Below, piece by piece: positions 1 through 15,828 of a stretch of 64,000 nt of DNA (its first letter is position 1; the number at the start of each line of letters is the position of its first letter). The DNA is from Eledone cirrhosa (lineage: Eukaryota). The notes beneath the pieces were generated by a model. The model was given only the letters and a program-made list of their open reading frames with translations, had not been told where the DNA came from and did no database searches. The stretch spans positions 46,190,001 through 46,254,000 of the forward strand of contig OZ024752.1 of the NCBI GenBank assembly GCA_964016885.1, read 5' to 3'. The position numbers and the translations under genes were made by a program.

Positions 1-19
1 ACCACACAACCCCACCCCA

Positions 20-260
20 GGGACGTGGGTTCGATTCTAGATGACGCGTCGACCCCTAAACTCCACCGAGCTGGCAAATATCTGTTGTACTTGTAATCCA
101 ATTGGCCAGTCTTGTCACACACTCTGTTACACTGAATCTCCCTGAGAACAACCTGAAGTTTACACATGTCTGCCTGTGGAATGCTCAGCCACTTGCATGT
201 TAGTTGCATCAGCGGGCTGTTCTGTTCTATTCTGTTTAAACAACTCAAAAGCTCATCATT
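20..260 (+). mobile_element. Degenerate SINE-like element
   Basis: B-box-like ggttcgattc at the start; the body (cttgtcacac...tggaatgctcagccacttgcatg) has a reverse-complement relative at about 3960-4075. Confidence 0.5.
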
Positions 261-589
261 AGAGTTGACTGAGGTCCATTGACCGTGTTGTAGCATTGGC
301 TGCAGTATTTACTACTACTACTACTACTACCCCTACCACTATTGCCACCACCTCCACTACTACTACCACCACCACTACTATGGCTACAGCATTACTGTAG
401 CTAACACTACCTCCCAGACTACTACCACTACTATTACTATCAGTCATAGCTGTTATATTTAGTTTTAGCTAACACTACCTCTTAGACTACAACAACCACT
501 GCTACCACTACCACTGCTACTACTACCACTACCACAACATTAGCTCCACCATAATCATGCATTATTCTAGCTACTACTACCACCACCAC

Positions 590-1270
590 TACAGCATTAC
601 AGTAGTTAACACTACCTCCTATACTATTACTACTACTACCCCCACCACTACAACATTACAGTAGTTGACACTACCTCCTATACTATTACTACTATTACCA
701 CCACCACTACAACATTACAGTAGTTAACACTACCTCCTATACTGTTACTACTACTACCAGCACCACTACAACATTACAGTAGTTAACACTACCTCCTATA
801 CTACTACTACCACCACCACTACAACATTACAGTAGTTAACACTACCTCCTATACTATTACTACTACTACCACCACCACTACAACATTACAGTAGTTAACA
901 CTACCTCCTATACTGTTACTACTACTACCAGCACCACTACAACATTACAGTAGTTAACACTACCTCCTATACTATTACTACTACTACCACCACTACTACA
1001 ACATTACAGTAGTTAACACTACTTCCTATACTATTACTACTACTACCACCACCACTACAACATTACAGTAGTTAACACTACCTCCTATACTATTACTACT
1101 ACTACCACCACCACTACATCATTGCAGTAGTTAACACTACCTCCTATACTGTTACTACTACTACCACCACCACTACATCATTGCAGTAGTTAACACTACC
1201 TCCTATACTGTTACTACTACTACCACCACCACTACAGCATTACAATAGTTAACACTACCTCCTATACTAT
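590..1270. repeat. About 59-bp minisatellite (about 11 units)
   Basis: Unit ttacagtagttaacactacctcctatactattactactactaccaccaccactacaaca. Confidence 0.9.
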
Positions 1271-1317
1271 TACCAATACCAGCATAGCCACAGCACTACT
1301 ATGATTTATAGAACTGC

Positions 1318-1915
1318 TGCTGCTGCTGCTACTACTACTACTACTGCTACTACTACTGCTACTACTACTACTACCAACACCATTGCTTCTCCTTCCTCCT
1401 CCCCCTCTCACTGTCTCAAAATGCCTGCTACTATTGACACCATTAATACTATGACCACCACTACCACCACCACCACCACCACCACCACCACCACCACTAC
1501 CACCACTACCACCACCACCACCACCACCACCACCACCACCACCACTACCACCGCCACCATCACCACTACCACCACCACCACCACTACCACTACCATCACC
1601 ACTACCACCACCACCACCACTACCACTACCACTACCACCATTACCACTACCAACACCACTATCACCACCACCACCACCACTACCACCACCACCACTACCA
1701 CCACCACTACCACTACCACCACCACTACCACCACCACCACTACCACCACCACCACCACCACCGTCACTACCACCACTACCACTACCACTACCACCATTAC
1801 CACTACCAACACCACTATCACCACCACTACCACCACCACCACTACCACCACTACCACCACCACTACCACTACCACCACCACCACCACCACCACCACTACC
1901 ACCACCACCATTACT
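1318..1915. repeat. (ACC/ACT)n trinucleotide microsatellite
   Basis: Direct reading; explains the poly-Thr and poly-Val ORFs. Confidence 0.95.
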
Positions 1916-3051
1916 ATAGCAGCTGCTGATGTCAGTAGTCTTTGGAGAGAGGGAGGGGGAAAGTGAGAGTGAAAGAGATGTTGTGGTGGGAGGAGAGATT
2001 GAGAATAAGAAGTGGTGTGAGATTGAGAGAGAGGGGGGGGAGAGAGATGATAGAAAGACTGACCTAATTGAGAGAGGGAAGTGTGTGAATGAGGGGGGGG
2101 GGCAGAGAGAACGATAGGTGTGTGTGAGAGAGGGGGGAGTGGTAGAAAGTGAATGAATTGAGAGAGGAGGAGGAGAAAAATATGATAGAAAGAGTGCCCC
2201 TAATTGAGAGAAAGAGGGTGTGAGAGATTGAGAGAGAGACAGAGAGAGGGTCAGAGAGAGAGTAAGAAACTAAGAATGAGAGAGAAAGAGGATGAGAGAT
2301 TGAGAGAGAGGGTGAGAGAGTAAGAAACTAAGAATGAGAGAGAGAAAGAGGGTGAGATTGAGAGAGAGAGAGAGTAAGAAACTAAGAATGAGAGAGAGAG
2401 TGAGAATGAGAGAGAAAGAGTGAGAAAAGAAAGTGTACTTGTAGTTGTAATGGTGGTGGTGGTGGAGATGTAGTAGTAGTAGTGGTGGTGGTGGTGGTGG
2501 TGGTGGAGATATAGTAGTGGTAGTGGTGGCGGTGGTGGCGGTGGTGGCGGTGGTGGCGGTGCTGATATAGTAGTAGTTATGGTGATAGTAGTAGTAGAAG
2601 TAGTAATGGTGGTGATGGAGATAGTAGTAGTTATAGTTATGGTAGTAGTGGAAGTAGTGGTGGTGGTGGTGGTGATATAATAGTAGTTATGGTGGTGGTG
2701 GAGATAGTAGCAGCAGTAGTAGTAGTAGTAGTGGCAGTAGTAGTGATGGAGAGGTTCTAGATTCTCTGCCATTTTACCTGCTGACTGACTTTCTATTTCA
2801 TACAAACTGCTGCTCTTCTTACTACTGTGCCTGGGAGTTGCACCATTGCCATAAAGGTGACTTTATCCCTTATTTCTTATTATCATTATTGTGTATTGTT
2901 GTCATCATCATCGGTTATTGATTAAGTGAGTGATTGATTGGTTTTGTTTGCTATTATACAATCAATCAATATTTATGTGAATATAATGTTCCAGAAAGGT
3001 TTGTTACTTACACACATAGATTGCTCAAATATACATACATACATACGTACT

Positions 3052-3083
<32 letters not shown>

Positions 3084-4293
3084 AACACATACTGATATAT
3101 ATATATATATATATATAGATATAGATATACACACACACACACATATATATTCACACAAACACATACTGATATATATATATATATATAGATATAGATATAC
3201 AAACACACACACACATATATATTCACACAAACACACAAACACATACTGATATATATATATATATATATAGATATAGATATACAAACACACACACACATAT
3301 ATATTCACACAAACACATACTGATATATATATACATACATACATATAGATATTCACACACACACATATATTCACACAAACACATACTGATATATATATAT
3401 ATACATACATATAGATACACACACAGATATGCACACAAACACATACTCATATACATACATATAGATATATACACACAAACACATATGTATATATATATAT
3501 ATATATATACCTACATTCATTCTTATATACACATAGAAACACATACTCATGTGTATATACACATATTCATATATACAGAGAAATACATACTTGTATATAT
3601 ATACATACACATATATGGGTATGTTTTGTGTATATGTGTGTGTTTATATATATATGTGTGTGTACATTAGTGTGTATGTATGTGTACATATGTATGAGTG
3701 TAAATATATGTGTATATATGTATGTATGTGTGTTTGTGTACACGTGTGTGTTTGTGTATATATATATATATATATATATGTATGTAGTGTGTGTATGTGT
3801 ATAGATATATATATGTATGTAGTGTGTCTATGTGTGTATATATATATATATGTATGTAGTGTGTGTATGAGTATATATATATGTGTGTGTGTGTGTGCGT
3901 GTGTTTGTGTACATGTGTGTAAATATTTAAATGGTAAATGGATCCATCTGGTTCATTGAGTCAACAAAAACTCCCAAACTCATTGAATCAAACCATGTGG
4001 CTGAGTATTCCCGAGGCATGTTTAATGTCGGAATAATCTTCAACACATACAGCCACACACGTTGACAAGGGCTTGGACCTCTCTATCACAGAATCCATCT
4101 GGTTGACTGCTACACAGTATCATTGTAACCAGTTCCACAACACTTGTATCATCAACCTGAGGATTTTGGTAAAAAGATATTTGCCCAGTTTGGGGTCACA
4201 CTGTGGCAGAGGAGCCTGTGGCGCTTGATTGTGGCCCCTTCCAAACAAAAAGCAGACACCTTAACCATTTGGCCATATGGTGTGCCCACCACT

Positions 4294-4336
<43 letters not shown>

Positions 4337-4543
4337 ATATACATATAAAGATATATATGTATATATAATGTATATATACATACATATATATATATGTATA
4401 TATATATAATGTATGTATACATATAAAGATATATATGTATATATAATGTATATATACATAAATATATATATATATGTATATATATCTATATATATATATA
4501 TATATATACACATATATACATTACACACACACATATATACATA

Positions 4544-4585
<42 letters not shown>

Positions 4586-4714
4586 TATATATACATATAT
4601 ATCTTTATATGTATACATACATTATATATATATACATATATTATATACATATATATATATATGTATGTATATATACATTATATATACATATATATATAAA
4701 TTATGTATATAAAT

Positions 4715-4751
<37 letters not shown>

Positions 4752-4894
4752 CTCATAATGTCTATTTTTATGTAACATTGCGTCTTCAACTTTTCCCCCG
4801 TGGCTTTTACAGAAAATGTTAATTTTTCTCATTTTCTCTTATTTTTGGTTCAAGGAATCATAATCTTTATACTGGAATTATTATATTTATTGGT

Positions 4895-5405
4895 GGGTTG
4901 GCTGTAGTCGGTAGAGCATCGGACATGCTTTGCTGCGTTTAGTTACAACCCTTTATGTTCTGAGTTCAAATCTCGCTGCTGTTAACTTTGCCTTTCATTC
5001 TTACGGGGTCGATAAAATGAAGTACCAGTGATGTATTGGGGGGGGGGGGGGGGTAATTGCAGGCCTTGTGCCAAAAGTAGAAATAATTATTACGGGGTCG
5101 GTCGATAAAATAAAGTACCAGTAATACACTGGGATAATTGCAGGCCTTGTGCCAAAAGTAGAAATAATTATTACGGGGTCGATAAAATGAAGTACCAGTG
5201 ATGTATTGGGGGGTAATTGCAGGCCTTGTGCCAAAAGTAGAAATAATTATTACGGGGTCGGTCGATAAAATAAAGTACCAGTAATACACTGGGATAATTG
5301 CAGGCCTTGTGCCAAAAGTAGAAATAATTATTACGGGGTCGATAAAATGAAGTACCAGTAATACACTGTGATAATTGCTGGCCTTGTGCCAAAAGTAGAA
5401 ACAAT
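4895..5405 (+). mobile_element. tRNA-derived SINE (family S1) with a tandemly reiterated 3' module
   Basis: A-box-like tggctgtagtcgg and B-box gagttcaaatc, then about 5 copies of ttacggggtcgataaaat.aagtaccagt...ggccttgtgccaaaagtagaaa. Confidence 0.85.
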
Positions 5406-5629
5406 TAGTAATTATTATTTATTGGGGGGGCAGTGGATTGTGAGAGTTATTAGAGCATGTGTCCTAGTTGTTGTGGCTCTGGGGTGGGGGTTGGGGGGCA
5501 ACATTCCCTTTCATCTTCTTGTGGGGAGGGGGAGAAGATATAATTGCCTGTCCCCCCCCCACTTCCCCCTCACCATGAAATTCCTGACCTTGTGCCCTAA
5601 ATTAGAAACAATTATTATCCGGGTCGATA

Positions 5630-5965
5630 TGGCGGGGGATTGGCAGTATTGGTAGAGCGTCGGACAATATGCTTTGTGGCATAGAGTTACGGCCCTTTAC
5701 GATCTGAATTCAAATCCCGCCGAGGTTAACTTTGCCTTTCATCCTTACGGGGGTCGATAAAATAAAGTACCAGTAATACACTGGAGTCGATTTAATTGAC
5801 TTTGCCCTCACCCAAAATTGCTGGCCTTGTGCCCTAAATTAGACACAATTATTATTATTGGGGTTGATAAAATAGAGTACCAGTAACGTAGTGGGGTCGA
5901 TTTAATCAACTTTCCCCCTCCTCCAAAAATTCTTGGCCTTGTGACTACATCAAAAACCATTATTA
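5630..5965 (+). mobile_element. SINE S1, full-length copy plus a duplicated 3' part
   Basis: A-box tggcagtattgg (5641-5652), B-box-like gaattcaaatcc, body gaggttaactttgcctttcatccttacgggg, (ATT)n tail. Confidence 0.85.
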
Positions 5966-6682
5966 TTATTAGCTGTAGTAGTAGTAGTGGTGGTTGTGGT
6001 GGTAGTGGTAGTAGTAGTGGCGGTGGTGGTGGTAGTAGTTGTAGTAGTAGTAGTACTTGTTGTAGTAGTGGTGGTGGTGGTAGTAGTTGTAGTAGTACTG
6101 GTTGTAGTAGTAGTGGTGTTAGTAGTAGTAGTACTGGTTGTAGTAGTAGTGGTAGTAGTAGTAGTAGTGGTGTTAGTAGTAGTGGTAGTAGTAGTAGTAG
6201 TGGTGATGTTAGTAGTACTGGTAGTAGTAGTAGTAGTGGTGTTAGTAGTAGTAGTACTGGTTGTAGTAGTAGTGGTAGTAGTAGTAGTAGTAGTAGTAGT
6301 GGTGTTAGTAGTAGTAGTACTGACTGTAGTAGTAGTAGTAGTAGTAGCAGGAGGAGGAGGAGGTCAACAACCTTGGTTGTACAGACATATGACCAGAGAG
6401 ATGTGTTTGAATTTTAATAGCACCTGTTTTTTTGGTGGGGTTGTTGTTGTTTTTTGTGGGCGGCAGGGGGGGGGGTGTTCTCCCCCTATTTTTGCAGATA
6501 CACTATAATTGACCTCACCATAGTCCCAATATGGGGCAAGGTTTAAGGGAGACTTGGCTACTGTATTTAGTAGGTAAAGTGGCTGCATTAAGGCTCCTAC
6601 ATATTAGATGAATAAATTTGTAGAATCATAAGATTATTGGGGGGGGGGGGGGAATGCCGACCATTATTCAATAAATCTCTTA

Positions 6683-6803
6683 ATGTTCTGAGTTCAAATC
6701 CCACCGAGGTTAACTTTGCCTTTCATCGTTGCATGGCTCGATAAAATAAAGTACCAGTAATACACTGGGGTAATTGCTGGCCTTGTGCCAAAAAGTAGAA
6801 ACA

Positions 6804-6842
<39 letters not shown>
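6683..6842 (+). mobile_element. SINE S1, 5'-truncated, (ATT)n tail
   Basis: ttctgagttcaaatcccaccgaggttaactttgcc...ggccttgtgccaaaaagtagaaacaattattatt. Confidence 0.8.
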
Positions 6843-6844
<2 letters not shown>

Positions 6845-7454
6845 GCATCCTTGGGGGACATAGTATACATACTAACACAAACGTGCACCTGTGAAGAAAT
6901 ATAGACACACGTGCTAGTGTTTAACCCTAGGTCAGGCAACAATGACCAAGCAGATATGATCAAAGACATTCCAATAGTGGCCATTCCATTTTATTTTGTG
7001 TGACAATGGAGCTGGGAGTTCTGTAGCCTCATAGACTACTTTATCCCATATGGTGGGGATTTTTGTTGTTGTCTAAGACAGTAGTGTGTGCTTTTAAAGA
7101 AGATTTCACTGCTGTTTCTAGCAAACCAAATAGCAGGGAGTATAATGAGAAGAATCTCATGCTTACATTCAAAATTTTACCCGCTGACAAACTCTCTCTA
7201 AAACCCTATATAAAACATATGGTGTACCCCTTCTGATGCCAAGCTGTCTGAAACTGACCCCGATTCTATGATAACATAGTCATTTATTTTTAAATGTTCG
7301 TTAGAAAATTTATGCCTTCTGTTAAAATTTTATGTAAGGCATTTTTGTTATGATGAGAAAGTTTGTTGTATTACGAAATCACTCTAAATTTTTATTTTTA
7401 AAAAGTATTTGAAAAATGTCTTTCATTAGAAATATGGTAACAAAAACTGTTTAA

Positions 7455-7986
7455 CTCTTTAGCGTTTACATTATTTTATATTTACTATTGTGTTTTTGTA
7501 GTAATCTTACATAATTATTTCACATAATATCTCACATAACATTTACATTACTCTATATATACTATTGTATTTTCATGGTAAAGGCTTTACCTCACATAAT
7601 ATCTCACATAACTCTATATTTACTATTGTATTTTCACAGTAAAGGCTTTACCTCACATAATATCTCACATAACATTTACATTGCTCTATATATACTATTG
7701 TATTGTCACAGTAAAGGCTTTACCTCACATAATATCTCCCATAACATTTACATTACTCTATATATACTATTGTATTGTCACAGTAAAGGCTTTACCTCAC
7801 ATACTATCTCACATAACATTTACATTACTCTATATTTACTATTGTATTTTCACAGTAAAGGCTTTACCTCACATAATATCGAATCTACAAAATTTCAATG
7901 TTATTTATTTTGAGAACAACACCTTAACATCAGTATGAGTGGCAGTTACGGTCAGTTTGAACAGAAAAAAGTGAGATGCTAAAGGG
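7455..7986 (+). mobile_element. piggyBac-type MITE (family 1) with internal tandem expansion
   Basis: TTAA flanks, CTCTTTAGC...GCTAAAGGG ends; the internal segment (cacataatatctcacataacatttacattactctatat...aaggctttacct) is repeated about 5 times. Confidence 0.75.
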
Positions 7987-8656
7987 TTAATTTGAATATA
8001 TAATTTGCTTAGCTATGAATTTATAAATTGCAAGATTCATAATATTTCTCAGCACTAAATATGGTTCCCACCCCTAGCCAGAGATAGAAGCACCCGACTT
8101 CATTGGCTCTTCATCACATCACACACTCTGTGTAGCAAATGAAGAGATAGAAACAAAGCATGCAAATATTTATTTGCATCTGCTGTAGTGCATGTGTTGC
8201 ACATATAATGCATATGGTGCACGTGTGTGCATGGGTTTGCATATGTATGCACGTGTTGCACATGTATGCATGTGTTGCATATGTGTGCATGTGTTGCATA
8301 CACATATACACACACATGTGCTGCACACGTATGTGCTTGTTGCATGGGTATGCATTGTGTAATTGCAGTATTGTCAATTCAGTAGCAACATTGCTTCATA
8401 TTGCTAACATCTGTGACAACAAGAGCCCTTTATTTTTCGTTGATCAAATCCCTGTATATTTATATGTGACCCCTTATTTTTCGTTGATCAAATCCCTGTA
8501 TATTTATATGCGACCCCTTATTTTTCGTTGATCAAATCCCTGTATATTTATGTGACCCCTTTTTGTTTGATTACATCCCTGTTTATTTACATGTTGGACC
8601 CCTTGAAATATAAGGGCCTTTAATAATGAAATACAGCCTGTCTTGGGCATTTAACT

Positions 8657-8780
8657 TCGTTCTGATTTCAAATCCCGCCGAGGTTAACTTTGCCTTTCAA
8701 CCTTACGGGGTTGATAAAATAAAGTACCAGTAATGTACTGGGGTAATTGCTGGCCTTGTGTCTAGATCAGAGGCCATTAT
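8657..8780 (+). mobile_element. SINE S1, 5'-truncated
   Basis: Same body sequence as the other S1 copies. Confidence 0.8.
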
Positions 8781-10094
8781 TTACTTTAACAGCTGTTGAT
8801 AGGTAACCTATGTAGTTAACCCTTTGTTAACCCTGTGCCCTTTACACAGCAGCTACTAATGGCCTTAAACCTTACCTTCTGTCTGTCCTTGATATGTCAG
8901 GGTCTCTTCTACAATAACACCTTCCTTCTCACCTGATTACTGTCAACTATTTTTTTGATATGACAATTACAATGGTGATGATGACGATGGTAGTGTTAGT
9001 GGTGGTGGTGGTGGTGGTGGTGATGATGGTAGTGTTGTTGGTGGTGGTGGTGGTGTGGAGTGATGATGATGATGGTGGTGGTGGTGGTGGTGATGGTGGT
9101 GGTGTGGTGGTGATGATGATGGTAGTGTTGATGGTGGTGTTAGTGGTGGTGGTGGTGTGGAGTGATGATGATGATGGTAGTGTTGGTGGTGGTGGTGATG
9201 GTGGTGTGGTGATGATGATGATGGTAGTGTTGTTGGTGGTGGTGGTGTGGTGTTGGTGGTGGTGGTAGTGGTGGTAGTGTTGTTGTTGGTGGTGGTGTGG
9301 TGGTGATGGTGGTGTTAGTGGTGGTGGTAATGGTGATGATGATGATGATGATAATAATAATAGTGATGGTTTCTGATTTAGGCACAAGGCCAGCAATGGT
9401 TTTGGAGGTTGGGGTGGGGAGAAAGTTGATTAAATCAACCCCAGTGCATTACTGGTACTTTAAACACATTGGGGTCGATTTAATTGACTTCCTCCTTTCC
9501 CTCCCAGAAAACCATTGCTGGCCTTGTGCCTAAATGAGAAACCATCACTATTATTATGGCCCCAAGGGACAACCTACATGTCGGTCCTTGGGGGCCAATA
9601 AATGAAATCACTATTATTATTAATATCATGTCGTGGTTGAAGTGACAAAAATGTGCCAGTCTTCTCTTTTCTCCTCTTCCCCCTCATCACCACCACTACC
9701 CCCCTCTCCACGAGTCCCCCCTCCTCTCAACACAGTTACAGCAGTACCCCCTTATCTTCCACACCACCACCACTACCACCATTACCCCCCCCCCCCCCCC
9801 TCCTCTCAACACAGTTACATCAGTACCCCCCTATCTTCCACACCACCACTACCACCTCACCACCACCACCACCACCACTACCCCCTATCCACCAGCCCCG
9901 CCCCATCCTCTCAACACAGTTACAGCAGTACCCCCCCCTATCTTCCACACCACCGCTACCACCTCACCATCACCACCACCACCACTACCCCCTCACCCCC
10001 TATCCACCAGCCCCGCCCCATCCTCTCAACACAGTTACAGCAGTACCAACATATATTGACATTGCTCTTCTGTCATCAGCTTTTCCTGGCCAAC

Positions 10095-12465
10095 TGCTGT
10101 AGTATGTGTTGTAGTACAGCTGTGGTGTGGTGTAGCTGTAGTGCGTGTTGTAGTACAGCTGTGGTGTTGTGTAGCTGTGGTGTGGTGTAGCTGTAGTGCG
10201 TGTTGTAGTACAGCTGTGGTGTTGTGTAGCTGTAGTGCGTGTTGTAGTACAGCTGTGGTGTTGTGTAGCTGTAGTGCGTGTTGTAGTACAGCTGTGGTGT
10301 TGTGTAGCTGTGGTGTGGTGTAGCTGTAGTGCGTGTTGTAGTACAGCTGTGGTGTTGTGTAGCTGTAGTGCGTGTTGAAGTACAGCTGTGGTGTGGTGTA
10401 GCTGTAGTGCGTGTTGAAGTACAGCTGTGGTGTGGTGTAGCTGTAGTGCGTGTTGAAGTACAGCTGTGGTGTGGTGTAGCTGTAGTGCGTGTTGTAGTAC
10501 AGCTGTGGTGTTGTGTAGCTGTGGTGTGGTGTAGCTGTAGTATGTGTTGTAGTACAGCTGTGGTGTTGTGTAGCTGTGGTGTGGTGTAGCTGTAGTATGT
10601 GTTGTAGTACAGCTGTGGTGTGGTGTAGCTGTAGTGCGTGTTGTAGTACAGCTGTGGTGTTGTGTAGCTGTGGTGTGGTGTAGCTGTAGTGCGTGTTGTA
10701 GTACAGCTGTGGTGTTGTGTAGCTGTGGTGTGGTGTAGCTGTAGTGCGTGTTGTAGTACAGCTGTGGTGTGGTGTAGCTGTAGTGCGTGTTGTAGTACAG
10801 CTGTGGTGTTGTGTAGCTGTGGTGTGGTGTAGCTGTAGTGCGTGTTGTAGTACAGCTGTGGTGTGGTGTAGCTGTAGTGCGTGTTGTAGTACAGCTGTGG
10901 TGTTGTGTAGCTGTGGTGTGGTGTAGCTGTAGTGCGTGTTGTAGTACAGCTGTGGTGTTGTGTAGCTGTGGTGTGGTGTAGCTGTAGTGCGTGTTGTAGT
11001 ACAGCTGTGGTGTTGTGTAGCTGTGGTGTGGTGTAGCTGTAGTGCGTGTTGTAGTACAGCTGTGGTGTGGTGTAGCTGTAGTGCGTGTTGTAGTACAGCT
11101 GTGGTGTTGTGTAGCTGTGGTGTGGTGTAGCTGTAGTGCGTGTTGTAGTACAGCTGTGGTGTTGTGTAGCTGTAGTGCGTGTTGTAGTACAGCTGTGGTG
11201 TTGTGTAGCTGTGGTGTGGTGTAGCTGTAGTGCGTGTTGTAGTACAGCTGTGGTGTGGTGTAGCTGTAGTGCATGTTGTAGTACAGCTGTGGTGTTGTGT
11301 AGCTGTAGTGCATGTTGTAGTACAGCTGTGGTGTTGTGTAGCTGTGGTGTGGTGTAGCTGTAGTGCGTGTTGTAGTACAGCTGTGGTGTGGTGTAGCTGT
11401 AGTGCATGTTGTAGTACAGCTGTGGTGTTGTGTAGCTGTAGTGCATGTTGTAGTACAGCTGTGGTGTTGTGTAGCTGTGGTGTGGTGTAGCTGTAGTGCG
11501 TGTTGTAGTACAGCTGTGGTGTTGTGTAGCTGTAGTGCATGTTGTAGTACAGCTGTGGTGTTGTGTAGCTGTAGTGCATGTTGTTAGTACAGCTGTGGTG
11601 TTGTGTAGCTGTAGTGCATGTTGTAGTACAGCTGTGGTGTGGTGTAGCTGTAGTGCGTGTTGTAGTACAGCTGTGGTGTTGTGTAGCTGTGGTGTGGTGT
11701 AGCTGTAGTGTGTGGTGTAGTACAGCTGTGGTGTAGCTGTAGTGTGTGGTGTAGTACAGCTGTAGTGTGTGGTGTAGTACAGCTGTGGTGTGTGGTGTAG
11801 TACAGCTGTGGTGTAGTACAGCTGTGGTGTGTGGTGTAGTACAGCTGTAGTGTGTGGTGTAGTACAGCTGTGGTGTAGCTGTAGTGTGTGGTGTAGTACA
11901 GCTGTGGTGTAGCTGTAGTGTGTGGTGTAGTACAGCTGTGGTGTGTGGTGTAGTACAGCTGTGGTGTGTGGTGTAGTACAGCTGTGGTGTGTGGTGTAGA
12001 ACAGCTGTGGTGTAGCTGTAGTGTGTGTTGTAGTACAGCTGTGGTGTAGCTGTAGTGTGTGTTGTAGTACAGCTGTGGTGTAGCTGTAGTGTGTGGTGTA
12101 GTACAGCTGTGGTGTAGCTGTAGTGTGTGTTGTAGTACAGCTGTGGTGTAGCTGTAGTGTGTGGTGTAGTACAGCTGTGGTGTAGCTGTAGTGTGTGTTG
12201 TAGTACAGCTGTGGTGTAGCTGTAGTGTGTGGTGTAGTACAGCTGTGGTGTAGCTGTAGTGTGTGTTGTAGTACAGCTGTGGTGTAGCTGTAGTGTGTGG
12301 TGTAGTACAGCTGTGGTGTAGTACAGCTGTGGTGTAGCTGTAGTGTGTGGTGTAGTACAGCTGTAGTGTGTGGTGTAGTACAGCTGTGGTGTAGCTGTAG
12401 TGTGTGTTGTAGTACAGCTGTGGTGTAGCTGTGGTGTGTGGTGTAGTACAGCTGTGGTGTTGTAG
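10095..12465. repeat. Composite GT-rich minisatellite built on a tacagctgt core
   Basis: 39- and 55-bp units to about 11700, then shorter derived units. Confidence 0.95.
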
Positions 12466-12599
12466 TCAGTCTCCAGCTACCCCAGTTCCTCTCCCAAGGG
12501 GTTCACCTGTATCTTGGTGTATGTATGTGTCTAGCTGTGTGTGTGTGTGTATATGTATGTGTCTAGCTGTGTGTGTGTTGTTTAGATCAGTATGTGTGT

Positions 12600-14372
<1,773 letters not shown>

Positions 14373-14599
14373 GATTAAAGCTGTGTATGTAATCATTACA
14401 TTATATATTACAATTCTGATGACATAACACTTCATATATTATAACCTTACCTACCTACTATCTCTCTCTCTCTCCCCCCTCTCTCTATCTCTCCCCTCTC
14501 TCTATATATATATCTATCTATCTTCTATTTCTCTCTCTCTATATATATCTATCTATCTTCTATTTCTCTCTCTATATATATAGCTATCTATCTCCTATT

Positions 14600-14632
<33 letters not shown>

Positions 14633-14635
14633 TTA

Positions 14636-14688
<53 letters not shown>

Positions 14689-15260
14689 ATATATCTATAT
14701 ATATTTCTATGTATGTATATATATATATATATATATGTGTGCATATATATCTATATATATTTCTATGTATGTATGTATATATCTATATAAATATAAATGC
14801 CTACATACACATATATTCACCATATATATATATATACACACACCCACACATACATAATCATATATATACATACATAATCATATATACATACGTACAATAG
14901 ATACATATATATATACACACACACCCATACATAATATTACGAGGCGGTTTAAGAAGTTATCGCCAACACACTGAGATCTCGCCACTCAGTCGATCCATTT
15001 CAGGTGACATGCCGCTGTTTAATTTGGCAACGGGCCTTCACCACCTCATCAAATGAAGGAGGATCAGTCATTGCCAGCAGATGTACAGATGTGAACACAC
15101 ATAAACAGATTCACATACACAAGAGTGTGTAGGCGTGTGTGTGGGGGGGGGGGGGTGCAGGTATGTGAGTGTAGGCATGTGTGAATGTGTGTGTGAGTGG
15201 AGGCATGATTATATATATATGCATGTATGTATATGATTATGTGCATCTATGTGTATATGG

Positions 15261-15301
<41 letters not shown>

Positions 15302-15305
<4 letters not shown>

Positions 15306-15500
15306 CATCATCATCATCACCGTTTTACGTCCATTCTTCCACGCTAGCATGGGTTAGACGGGTTGTCCGGTTGTGGGCAGTGTCCAGTCGGCTGACCTTG
15401 TCTTGCTCATACAGGAACTGATTCTGGCTTGATTTCTACAGCTGGATGCCCTTCTTAACACCAACCTCATTTACGGTGAGTGCTGGGTGCTTTTTTACTG
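15302..15500 (-). mobile_element. Retroposon family with a (GAT)n 3' tail (RTE-associated SINE-like)
   Basis: (cat)n-cgttttacgtcc..ttccacgctagcatgggttagacgg and tttctacagctggatgcccttc motifs recur at about 16665-16930, 17795-18010, 24263-24370 and, inverted, at about 35040-35070 and 56706-56745. Confidence 0.6.
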
Positions 15501-15787
15501 TGGCGCCTCCACGCCCACTCTACAGAGGGAGGGGTTGGGGCCACATTGTCTATATGCTTCAGTTTCAGCTTGTACCCGTGGGATGTTGGGATATATATAT
15601 ATATATGATTATGACTTACACACAGACCCCTGCCTGCCATTCAATGCCCCACCCCCACCCCCACCCCATCCCATGACCCCCACCCCCTTCCAGGGTATTC
15701 CGAACCACCACTGCATGTCTGATGCTGACTTGATGAAAATAAATGCATCTAACTGCATCTGTTTGTTATCATGGTAACTGTGTTGAA

Positions 15788-15828
<41 letters not shown>

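Noticed and set aside
1301-1966. Poly-Thr mucin-like ORF
   Set aside because: Translation of an (ACC)n microsatellite; open on both strands; no convincing splice or domain support.
5641-5720. tRNA gene (A and B boxes)
   Set aside because: The boxes belong to a dispersed SINE head followed by a conserved body and tail; no cloverleaf.
14938-15100. Exon-like island with a tttcag acceptor, or a mariner-like TACGAGG end
   Set aside because: No frame gives an ankyrin, SH3 or Caskin-like peptide with a donor; no partner TIR found.
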